Part shown: positions 42,066 through 50,295 of the stretch, one piece after another | How positions within the stretch are numbered: position 1 is the first letter of the stretch | How the letters are laid out: every line of letters starts with the position of its first letter | DNA from: an uncultured Woeseiaceae bacterium | GTDB taxonomy: Bacteria > Pseudomonadota > Gammaproteobacteria > Steroidobacterales > Woeseiaceae | Assembly (NCBI GenBank): GCA_964386685.1 | Contig: CAYLSX010000001.1 | Location: forward strand, 6,417 to 70,416 | Length of the DNA stretch: 64,000 nucleotides | Direction of reading: 5' to 3' | Made by a program: the position numbers and the translations under genes | Notes under the pieces: generated by a model | Databases searched by the model: none | The model's input: only the letters and a program-made list of their open reading frames with translations | Told to the model about the DNA's origin: nothing

Positions 42066-42571
42066 CGGACTTCATCCTCCACATGCTCGATCTCCTCCGC
42101 GCCGGCACCTCTGATAATTGCCTCGGCCCTCGCCGTCTGTTCTCCCTCAACGCCCTCCACGACCACGACGAATCGATCGATATTCGCAGACGCAAGGTAA
42201 GGTCTGTCACGCCACGCCGGGAGGCCCGACACCACATGGAAACCAATCAGTGTGAACAGCACACCAAAAAGTATGCTCATCTCATAAGTAATGATGAGAT
42301 AAGGCGGGATAGTAATAATGGCCCGACCGCCCGTGGGCAGAATGAAAACAAGCGCGGTCGCGACAGCCATCGCGAATCCGGCCGCGGCGCCGAAGATCGC
42401 GCCTGCCAGTGAAAAGCGCCTGACCGGTGACTTGCCTAAACCCAATACTTCCTGCGCCTCCTCTAACGGCACAGGCGACAATAGCGAAATATTATCGAAA
42501 CCCGAAGATTTCAGATCCTTTGCTGCGGCAATAAAATCTTCTTCAAACGCGAACGTCCCCATGATAGCCAT
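42062..42571 (-). CDS. actD: Alternative Complex III membrane subunit ActD (DUF3341)
   Basis: 169 aa with a soluble N-terminal part and two TM helices. Its position and size are typical of ActD. Confidence 0.78.
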   Translation of the reverse strand: MAIMGTFAFEEDFIAAAKDLKSSGFDNISLLSPVPLEEAQEVLGLGKSPVRRFSLAGAIFGAAAGFAMAVATALVFILPTGGRAIITIPPYLIITYEMSILFGVLFTLIGFHVVSGLPAWRDRPYLASANIDRFVVVVEGVEGEQTARAEAIIRGAGAEEIEHVEDEVR

Positions 42572-43896
42572 CAGGCATCCCTCCTGAGTGGCTTCAGCGT
42601 TTCCTTGACCTCATAAATCGAAACCGCCGGCACCCATTTAATGAAGATCAGGAACAGCGTCGCGAAGATGAAGAATGAGCCTATCGTTATCGATATCTCG
42701 ATCCAGCTCGGGAAGTAAAATCCGAAAGCGTTCGGCAGGAATTTGCGCGGCTGTGACGTCGCCACAATAATGAATCGCTCGGTCAGCATGCCGATGTTGA
42801 TCAGGATCGAGATCGCCAGCATCTTGTTCCAGGACAGGCGGAATTTTTTCCAAAACATCAAAAGCGGAACGAAGGCGCAGAAGGTAATCATCTCCCAGTA
42901 GAGCGGCCCATAAAATCCGAGCAGTTTGAATTTCAGGGCTTCGAGTTCGAACGATGTTCCGCCGTACCAGGTACTGAACAGCTCGAGGATATTGATGTAG
43001 CTCCAGATCAGCGACAGCGCGATCAAAAGCTTGCCGAGATTATCTAGATGCACCTGGCCGATGTACTTCTCGAAGCCGAGAAACTTTCGCAGGCAATACA
43101 TGACGGTGACGATGCCGGCTGTACCCGAATAGATGGCACCGCAGACAAAGTACGGAGCGAAAATCGTGTGGTGCAGTCCCGGCACGATGGACAGTGCAAA
43201 GTCCCACGACACGATGCTGTGGACGGACACGGCCAGCGGAATGACGAATACGGCGAAGAACGTGTAAGCCCAACCGAGCGTATGCCACTCCCTTGCCGTG
43301 CCGCGCCAGCCGAAGGAGAAAATCGTGTAAAGGCGGCGCCGCAATCCGGTGCTCGCATCGCGCACGGCGGCGAAATCGGGCACGGACCCCATGTAGATGA
43401 AAATCGAACTGGCCGTCAGATAAGTCGTAATGGCCATGACGTCAAACATGAGCGGCGAGCGGAAATTCGGCCACAAACCCTGTTCATTGGGTATCGGGAA
43501 AGTCCAGTGCACGAACCACACGCGGCCCATATGCACCATGACAAACAGTGCCGCAGTCATTAGCGAGAACAGCGTCATCGCTTCTGCGCTGCGGTAAATC
43601 GATTTGCGCCAATGACTGTTTGTAATGTGCAGCATTGCGGACAGCAATGTGCCCGAGTGGCTCAAGCCGATCCAGAATATGAAATTCGAAAGGTACGTTC
43701 CCCATACTGCATTCCGATTCATCCCGGCGGCGCCGACGCCGACCACAAGCTGATAGAACCAGGGCATGAAGAAACAAATGCCCGCAATGCTGATCGTGGC
43801 GCCCAGCGCCATCCAGTACCGTGGGCCCGTCTCAAGCATCACAGACAAGACGTCCTTGTTGACTTGTGCGTAACTTGGCTGCCCGTGATCAAACAT
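42571..43896 (-). CDS. actC: Alternative Complex III quinol-interacting membrane subunit ActC (NrfD family)
   Basis: 441 aa polytopic NrfD/PsrC-like protein, immediately after the Fe-S subunit. Confidence 0.85.
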   Translation of the reverse strand: MFDHGQPSYAQVNKDVLSVMLETGPRYWMALGATISIAGICFFMPWFYQLVVGVGAAGMNRNAVWGTYLSNFIFWIGLSHSGTLLSAMLHITNSHWRKSIYRSAEAMTLFSLMTAALFVMVHMGRVWFVHWTFPIPNEQGLWPNFRSPLMFDVMAITTYLTASSIFIYMGSVPDFAAVRDASTGLRRRLYTIFSFGWRGTAREWHTLGWAYTFFAVFVIPLAVSVHSIVSWDFALSIVPGLHHTIFAPYFVCGAIYSGTAGIVTVMYCLRKFLGFEKYIGQVHLDNLGKLLIALSLIWSYINILELFSTWYGGTSFELEALKFKLLGFYGPLYWEMITFCAFVPLLMFWKKFRLSWNKMLAISILINIGMLTERFIIVATSQPRKFLPNAFGFYFPSWIEISITIGSFFIFATLFLIFIKWVPAVSIYEVKETLKPLRRDA

Positions 43897-43908
43897 CGTT
43901 ACAGCGCC

Positions 43909-44658
43909 TCAAGAATGTGCCTTCTTTAAGTAGACTATCGACGGCGTTGTGTTCAGTTCTTCCAACACTGCATAACCCCGTTCGCTCTTCATCATTTTCG
44001 ACACTTCGGCTTCCGGGTCATTGCTGTCGCCAAAGACCATTGCTTCAGTCGGGCAACTCTGCACACAGGCGGGCACTACTTCACCGTCTCGAACACGCCG
44101 CCTGTTGTCGTCTTTGGCGTTGTCCTTGGCAATGCGTATGCGCTGAATGCAAAACGTGCATTTTTCCATGACGCCTTTTTCGCGCACGCTGACGTCCGGG
44201 TTCAGCTGTTGCTCCAGTGGCTCATCCCAGGTGTAGGTAAACCAGTTGAAATAGCGAACCTCGTAAGGGCAGTAAACGGCGCAGGTCCGGGTGCCGATAC
44301 AACGGTTGTAGATTTGTGTATTGAGCCCATCCTGATTGTGATAGGTCGCGAACACCGGGCAGGCTGTTTCGCAAGGCGCATCGTCACATTGCTGACAAAG
44401 CATCGGGATGAAGCCCATTTTCACGTCCGGGTAATTGCCCTCCCAGTAACGCTCTATTCGTATCCACTTGATTTCGCGGTTTTGTGCAAATCGTTTTTCG
44501 CCAACGATGGGCAAGTTGTTTTCCGCTTGACAGGCGACGACGCAGGCCTCGCAGCCCGTGCAACGATCCAGGTCAATTGTCATCGTCCAGTGATAATCGA
44601 ACGCGTCGTAGTATCCCGGTTTGCTGTAGGCCTTGAGTTTTTCAACGAATGTGCTCAC
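43909..44658 (-). CDS. actB2: Alternative Complex III iron-sulfur subunit ActB2 (4Fe-4S ferredoxin-type)
   Basis: Cys clusters CTGCEACVVAC, CQQCDDAPCETAC, CIGTRTCAVYC and CVQSCP, PsrB/NrfC-like. Confidence 0.88.
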   Translation of the reverse strand: MSTFVEKLKAYSKPGYYDAFDYHWTMTIDLDRCTGCEACVVACQAENNLPIVGEKRFAQNREIKWIRIERYWEGNYPDVKMGFIPMLCQQCDDAPCETACPVFATYHNQDGLNTQIYNRCIGTRTCAVYCPYEVRYFNWFTYTWDEPLEQQLNPDVSVREKGVMEKCTFCIQRIRIAKDNAKDDNRRRVRDGEVVPACVQSCPTEAMVFGDSNDPEAEVSKMMKSERGYAVLEELNTTPSIVYLKKAHS

Positions 44659-44674
44659 CGTTTCTCCCTAGTCA

Positions 44675-46921
44675 TCAAGTGTGACCATCCGCAGGTCCAA
44701 GTATCTGTCTGCCGAGGGTGCGCGTCACACCATCCGTCTTGACGATGCTCATGCGTTCGCCGGTGTTGCTGACCCTTGCGCGTGTTGCTGCCCATGCGAG
44801 ATCGCCTGACTTGTCGTCAATTTGCATCGCTACCAGGCGTAATGGATTGACACCGCGCTCCCGGGCATAGCGACCGTATGATGTATGACCCTGGCCGATA
44901 GGCATCGCGACAACCCCTGGCCTGATTGCGGGGAAAATGAGTGCCGGAACTTTCACGGACCCCGCCGGTGTCTCGACCTGAAGTATGTCTCCCTCATTAA
45001 TACCGAGATCCTCAGCCGTCACCGGGTTGAGTTCTGCCCAGGATCCATACACGACGCTGGTCAGCGGATCCGGCAATTCCTGCAGCCACGGAAGATTTGC
45101 GCCCCGACCGTCCAGAAATGTCGCCGATAGATAAGGATGCAGCACCAACGGGTAGTCTGCCTCACTGCCTGCAAACTCGGACAGCGGATTTGTAATCGCA
45201 GCAATCGTCACCGAAGCTGCCGGCATTAGATGATCGCCGATGCTGACGCCCGGTTGTCCCCACACGCCAGCCTCGAGGGCTGCGTGCCAGAATTCCTCGA
45301 ATCCCGAATCGTTTGGCGCGCCATCCTGCATTTCATATTCTTCCCGCCAGCGCGCCTTGATATATTCCTCGGTCGATCTCCAGCTCATTTGAATAGGCAG
45401 TTCGCCACCAATCTGCCGCGCCAGCGCAAGCACGATGTCGCCGGCAGAAAGGGTGTCATAGAGTGTTGCGACGACGGGCTGAGAAATCGAGGCCACCGGG
45501 AAGCCGACGCCAGGATCCGGAATATCGTCACCCCATGATTCCAGATAGCTGCTGGTCGGCAGAATGATGTCGGCCATGTCCGTGGTCTCGTCATGGAAAC
45601 TGGACATTGCTACTACCAGCGGGACCTTTTCCAGAGCCTGCCGGAATCTGCTGGGATCCGGCAAAGCGAAGACGGGATTACTGTCGTGTACCAGCAAGAC
45701 GTCAACGTCGCCTGCTTCCATCGCGTCGATGAGGTCGAGTATTTGTTGCATGCCTGCATGCTTCGATCGAACCGCAGAGAACGCGTTCACTGAATTGAAG
45801 ATGATGCCGCCCGCTTGACCCAGATTGCCGGCAAGTTGATTGAGTACATTGACGGCGACGGCGCTGGCGACGGCACTGGTTCCGGCTGTGGCGGCGCCGC
45901 CTGCGATAGCAAGTGCTGCCTCGCTTTCACCAAATTCCCGGGCAAGTCGCAGAATCGTGTCTTCATCGACGTCCGTCGCGGCAGCAACGTCCGCAGGAGA
46001 ATAGCCCTGCAACGCCTCTGACCAGTCGTCCCGGTCGCTGTCGTCATACAGGCCCTGACTGACAATCGCGTGTGCCAGACCGAGGGCAAGCAGCCCTTCG
46101 GTGCCGGGCCGGGCCGCTATCCATTCGTCAGCATTGGCGCCGCTGAGTGACATACGTGGCTCGATCTGCACGGTCTTGCCACGCCGGCCTTGCCGTCCCT
46201 GACGCAAGTGACCGTAGGCGAGACTATGTTGCACCGGCGAGATCCAGGTAGCCAGATAGTCGGCACCGAAGGACACGAGTAGGTCCGAGTTCTTGATGTC
46301 GTAGTACGGCAATTGCTCCATGCCAAAGCAAATTCTGTTTGCCGCAGCCAGCGCGCTCGGGTAAGTGAAGTCGTATTGCTGATAATGGTCGGAGCCGAGC
46401 AACTCCATGAATTGTGCGAACAGCGCGTCCAGGTGACCCCCGACCCGGCCGGTCAACAATCTGACGCGACTCGAATTTTTTTCGATTTTCAGCCGGCCGA
46501 TCGTACTACCGATGGAGGTCAGCGCGTCGTCCCAGCTCATGGGATAAAAACTGCCGGTACCGCGTTGTGTCGCGCTGGTTAATGGCCCTTTGATTCGGTC
46601 CGGATTGTAAAGCACATTCAGCCCTGCCTGACCCCGCGCACAAGACCGGCCCTGACTGACCGGGTGTACCGGATTGCCTTCGATTTTCTTTGCTTTGCCT
46701 TCGCGAATCCGAACCGATATTCCACAACCTGCGGAGCATTGCCTGCAAACGGTGTTGTACCAGCTCGCGACACCGGGTGAGTAGTCTTCCGGCGGCACGA
46801 CTTGCGGAACCAGCAGTTCGACATTTCGCTCGCGGGACTCGCCGTACAGAACGCCACCGACGGCGCCCATGCTTCCGGCGCCGATGTATTGCAGCAAATC
46901 TCTACGAGTGATTTTTGACAT
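44675..46921 (-). CDS. actB1: Alternative Complex III ActB1 (molybdopterin-oxidoreductase-like subunit with Tat signal)
   Basis: Twin-arginine signal SKITRRDLLQY, an N-terminal CRQCSAGCG..C Fe-S motif, and a 748-aa MopB-superfamily fold. GAGGAGA RBS. Confidence 0.88.
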   Translation of the reverse strand: MSKITRRDLLQYIGAGSMGAVGGVLYGESRERNVELLVPQVVPPEDYSPGVASWYNTVCRQCSAGCGISVRIREGKAKKIEGNPVHPVSQGRSCARGQAGLNVLYNPDRIKGPLTSATQRGTGSFYPMSWDDALTSIGSTIGRLKIEKNSSRVRLLTGRVGGHLDALFAQFMELLGSDHYQQYDFTYPSALAAANRICFGMEQLPYYDIKNSDLLVSFGADYLATWISPVQHSLAYGHLRQGRQGRRGKTVQIEPRMSLSGANADEWIAARPGTEGLLALGLAHAIVSQGLYDDSDRDDWSEALQGYSPADVAAATDVDEDTILRLAREFGESEAALAIAGGAATAGTSAVASAVAVNVLNQLAGNLGQAGGIIFNSVNAFSAVRSKHAGMQQILDLIDAMEAGDVDVLLVHDSNPVFALPDPSRFRQALEKVPLVVAMSSFHDETTDMADIILPTSSYLESWGDDIPDPGVGFPVASISQPVVATLYDTLSAGDIVLALARQIGGELPIQMSWRSTEEYIKARWREEYEMQDGAPNDSGFEEFWHAALEAGVWGQPGVSIGDHLMPAASVTIAAITNPLSEFAGSEADYPLVLHPYLSATFLDGRGANLPWLQELPDPLTSVVYGSWAELNPVTAEDLGINEGDILQVETPAGSVKVPALIFPAIRPGVVAMPIGQGHTSYGRYARERGVNPLRLVAMQIDDKSGDLAWAATRARVSNTGERMSIVKTDGVTRTLGRQILGPADGHT

Positions 46922-46941
46922 GCGCTAGCAATTCTCCTCGG

Positions 46942-47487
46942 CTACTTGTGACAGGTCCAGCAGTCGCGGCCGTTTTCCACTTCTCTTTCCGTATGGCACT
47001 CGACACACCAGGGCATTCTCATCGGTGCAATACGGGTAACACGATCCATGGTCTCGACCGGACCGTGGCATTCCTGGCAGGCGAGGCCTGCCTTAATATG
47101 TCGCTTGTGCGTGAAATGTACAAAGTCGGGGACGTCATGCACTTTGATCCAGGGAATCGGCTCTCGTTTCTCCCAATAGTCGACGAGCTTCAGGATCTCC
47201 GGACTTTCGCGTACGCTCGGCACCGACTTGTGACATCCCATGCACTTGCTAACGCTCGGCACACCGGCAACCGGTGTCGTGGCCGCATAGATGTGGCAGT
47301 GCTGACACGGAATCTCATTGTCCGTCGCATGCACCGTGTGACTGAATTCGATGGGCTGGATCGGAGAACGATCCGAGAAATATTTGCCGTGCACGAATAC
47401 GCCTAGCAGCAGTCCAAGCACCGCTACGCCTGCCATAAAGAAATACTTCTTCGCAGGCCGGAGCGCATCGAGAACAGAGATAGACAA
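46942..47487 (-). CDS. actA: Alternative Complex III pentahaem cytochrome c subunit ActA
   Basis: Five CxxCH motifs (CQHCH, CMGCH, CQECH, CVECH, CWTCH) after an N-terminal TM helix. Start placed at TTG 47487, preceded by AGGGGG. The ORF track extends to TTG 47535, and an ATG alternative lies at 47436. Confidence 0.85.
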   Translation of the reverse strand: MSISVLDALRPAKKYFFMAGVAVLGLLLGVFVHGKYFSDRSPIQPIEFSHTVHATDNEIPCQHCHIYAATTPVAGVPSVSKCMGCHKSVPSVRESPEILKLVDYWEKREPIPWIKVHDVPDFVHFTHKRHIKAGLACQECHGPVETMDRVTRIAPMRMPWCVECHTEREVENGRDCWTCHK

Positions 47488-47529
47488 ATTGTGCCCCCTT
47501 CTTTTGGGCCAAGAGTTTGCCCGGAAGAA

Positions 47530-47552
47530 GCGCAAACTACAAATGTTTGCGC
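47530..47552. promoter_or_regulatory. perfect palindrome in the actA / c4-like divergent promoter region (candidate operator)
   Basis: GCGCAAAC-tacaaat-GTTTGCGC, with 8-bp arms and a 7-nt spacer. Confidence 0.4.
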
Positions 47553-47616
47553 CGCGGCGGTGACTTCGGTAGGTTTAGTCGCGCTCTCCATAGCCTGAGG
47601 TGTTGCCAAGCGAATC

Positions 47617-48264
47617 ATGAGAACACGCGTCCGATCTGCAGTAATTTTGCTCGTCAGCCTGATCGCCGGGCCCGCGGCGCTGGCGGCCGGCGATGTCGAA
47701 CACGGCAAAGAGCTCTATAACATCTGCACCGCGTGTCACGGACCAAATGCCGAAGGCAATCCTGCACTAAACGCGCCCGCCAACGCCGGTCAGGACCCCT
47801 GGTATCTGACCCGCCAATTGAATAACTTCAAGGTCGGCATCCGCGGTGCGCACCCGGATGATACGTTTGGCGCACAGATGCGGCCAATGGCGATGATGCT
47901 GACCGGCGAGAATGACATCGCCGATGTCGTCGCTTATCTAACAAGCATGGACATGCCCGAGCCGACAAAGACGGTGGAGGGAGATGTCGAGGACGGCAAG
48001 AAAGCATACCAGACCTGCATCCCCTGCCATGGCGAATTTGGCGAAGGCGCGCAAGCACTGGACGCACCACGGCTATCCAATCAACACGACTGGTATCTGG
48101 TTAGACAATTGGAGAATTTCAAAGCCGGCGTACGTGGTTCGCACCAAAATGACATCTACGGCGCCCAGATGCGCATCATGGCGCAGCTCCTGCAAACCGA
48201 TGAACAGGTCAGGGCCGTCGCAGCCTATATTGCGTCGATAGATTACCGCCCCGGCGGAGAGTGA
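47617..48264 (+). CDS. periplasmic dihaem cytochrome c (c4-like, two class I domains)
   Basis: Signal peptide, CTACH and CIPCH motifs, and a repeated W/YYL..QL.NFK.G.RG signature in each half. Confidence 0.88.
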   Translation: MRTRVRSAVILLVSLIAGPAALAAGDVEHGKELYNICTACHGPNAEGNPALNAPANAGQDPWYLTRQLNNFKVGIRGAHPDDTFGAQMRPMAMMLTGENDIADVVAYLTSMDMPEPTKTVEGDVEDGKKAYQTCIPCHGEFGEGAQALDAPRLSNQHDWYLVRQLENFKAGVRGSHQNDIYGAQMRIMAQLLQTDEQVRAVAAYIASIDYRPGGE

Positions 48265-48665
48265 TCCTTCTCAGCTGAAGACCGCATCAGATGGATTGAC
48301 GGCCCGCTCAACACCTCGCCGTTGATATCGATTCGCATTTGATAGCGCCCCGGCGCCGGGAACATGACGTTGGTCAGCGGCAGCACGAACTCTGTTTTGG
48401 CAGGTGCTCTCGACGGTGGCCGGGGCTCGATCTCGGTGTGGCCTTCAATCGTGAATATGGACAAGCCCGCGGGATCCGTTAGATCCATCTTGAATGGCAC
48501 CTGTCCCTGCAAGTCCCGTTGCCACTCGACGATGCCGGCGAGCACCATCCTGTCCTGGCGCGCCGGAAAGTCGGGGGCGAGCAATTCGTTGAATACGCCG
48601 TGAATGTCCATTTTTCCGTCCGGCCCTGCTCCGGCATCCCTGCAAAAAAGGAAAACAGCCTCCAT
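48243..48665 (-). CDS. hypothetical protein, no recognised motif (orphan between the cytochrome c and cox genes)
   Basis: 140 aa from the ATG at 48665, preceded by GGGAG. GC-rich third positions look coding. No signal peptide, TM segment or cofactor motif. Its 3' end overlaps the convergent cytochrome c gene by 22 nt. Confidence 0.55.
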   Translation of the reverse strand: MEAVFLFCRDAGAGPDGKMDIHGVFNELLAPDFPARQDRMVLAGIVEWQRDLQGQVPFKMDLTDPAGLSIFTIEGHTEIEPRPPSRAPAKTEFVLPLTNVMFPAPGRYQMRIDINGEVLSGPSIHLMRSSAEKDHSPPGR

Positions 48666-48905
48666 CAATCGATGCTCCCGCCGTGGTCTCAAACCCACCT
48701 GAGCGGGCAGTCTAACCTGTGGAAATCGGATACTGAATCCTCTATTCTCCGCACTGGTATCGGCCGTAGCATCCTACAAGACAGCAAAAAACTGCCGGAG
48801 CAGCCAGAGTCTATGTGCTGGCCGGATACTTTGGGAATCGCCGACAGACCGGAATACAGAAGATAAAACATCCGCGACAGTCACGATATTAAGGACACAT
48901 AAAGT

Positions 48906-50255
48906 ATGCCTCTAGCAATTGTGTTGATTGTTTTGGTAGTGGGTTCGCTCGTTTTTCACTTCCTAAGTCCCTGGACATTCACACCGATCGCATCGAATTG
49001 GGGAATGATCGACACCACCGTCGACATTACTTTTGTTGTGACCGGTGTTGTTTTCGTCGCCGTCAATCTGTTCATGGCCTACGCGATCATTCGCTACCGC
49101 CACAAAGAGGGCTCGAAGGCGAACTACGAACCGGAAAACACCAAATTGGAAGTCTGGCTGACTGTCGTGACAACCATCGGGGTGGCGGCAATGCTGGCCC
49201 CGGGACTGTTTGTCTGGGCCGAGTTCGTCAATGTTCCTGAAGATGCGATGGAAATTGAGGTCATCGGGCAACAGTGGCGCTGGAGTTATCGGCTTCCTGG
49301 CGAAGACGGCGAGTTTGGTACCGTCGATACGAAGTTGATCGATAATGGCAATCTGTTCGGTATCGATCCCGAAGATCCTGCCGGACACGACGATGTCCTC
49401 GTCGATAGCGGCACGGTACACATTCCGCTCGGCGGTCCGGTGCGATTCTGGCTGCGTTCGAAGGATGTACTGCATAACTTCACCGTGGCTCAGTTCCGGG
49501 TCAAGATGGACCTGGTGCCAGGTCTGGTGACCTACATGTGGCTGGAACCGACCAAAGTCGGCGAATACGAAGTGCTCTGTGAAGAGCTCTGCGGTATCGC
49601 GCATCACGCCATGCGCGGTCGCGTCATCGTCGACGAGCCGGAGGTTTACCAGGCATGGGTCGACAGCCACCCGACTTTCGGCGAAATGCAGGCTACACCG
49701 CCTGGTGACGCGGCGCTCGGTGCTACTTCCTATGCCGTTTGTGCCGCCTGTCACGGCCAACAGGGTGAGGGCATCGTCGCGCTGAATGCGCCGAAGCTCA
49801 GTGGTCAGGATCCGTATTACCTCAAGAAACAACTGCAAAATTACAAAGCGGGTATTCGCGGCGCTCACGAAGCAGATATCTATGGCAATCAGATGCGGCC
49901 GATGGCGGCGACACTGGTCAATGATTCGATGATCGACAATGTCCTCGCGCATATCGGCACGCTGCCCGATAATCCCGCACCGACAACGATTAACGGCAAC
50001 ATAGAGCATGGTGCCAAGCTGTATGTGATCTGCGCCAACTGCCACGGTGCGAACGGTCAGGGAATAAAAATGAACGCGCCGCGAACGGCCGGCATAAGCG
50101 ATTGGTATTTGCTCAGCCAGTTGAAGCATTTCAAAGAAGGTATTCGTGGTACGCATCCAGCCGATATGGCTGGCAAACAGATGGGATTCATGGCACGACT
50201 GCTTCTCGATGACCAGGCGATGCAAGATGTCGTCTCATACATCAACACTTTGTAG
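48906..50255 (+). CDS. coxB: cytochrome c oxidase subunit II fused to two c-type cytochrome domains
   Basis: Two N-terminal TM helices, the CuA site H..CEELCGIAHHAM, then CAACH and CANCH haem motifs in two c4-like domains. Confidence 0.92.
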   Translation: MPLAIVLIVLVVGSLVFHFLSPWTFTPIASNWGMIDTTVDITFVVTGVVFVAVNLFMAYAIIRYRHKEGSKANYEPENTKLEVWLTVVTTIGVAAMLAPGLFVWAEFVNVPEDAMEIEVIGQQWRWSYRLPGEDGEFGTVDTKLIDNGNLFGIDPEDPAGHDDVLVDSGTVHIPLGGPVRFWLRSKDVLHNFTVAQFRVKMDLVPGLVTYMWLEPTKVGEYEVLCEELCGIAHHAMRGRVIVDEPEVYQAWVDSHPTFGEMQATPPGDAALGATSYAVCAACHGQQGEGIVALNAPKLSGQDPYYLKKQLQNYKAGIRGAHEADIYGNQMRPMAATLVNDSMIDNVLAHIGTLPDNPAPTTINGNIEHGAKLYVICANCHGANGQGIKMNAPRTAGISDWYLLSQLKHFKEGIRGTHPADMAGKQMGFMARLLLDDQAMQDVVSYINTL

Positions 50256-50295
50256 ACGGAATGAATTACTGCGGTCTAAGCGCAAGGGGATTTTG

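Noticed and set aside
48963-50225. A 420-aa ORF antisense to coxB
   Set aside because: Same shadow-frame explanation. coxB has unambiguous CuA and haem c motifs, and the antisense product has no recognisable features.
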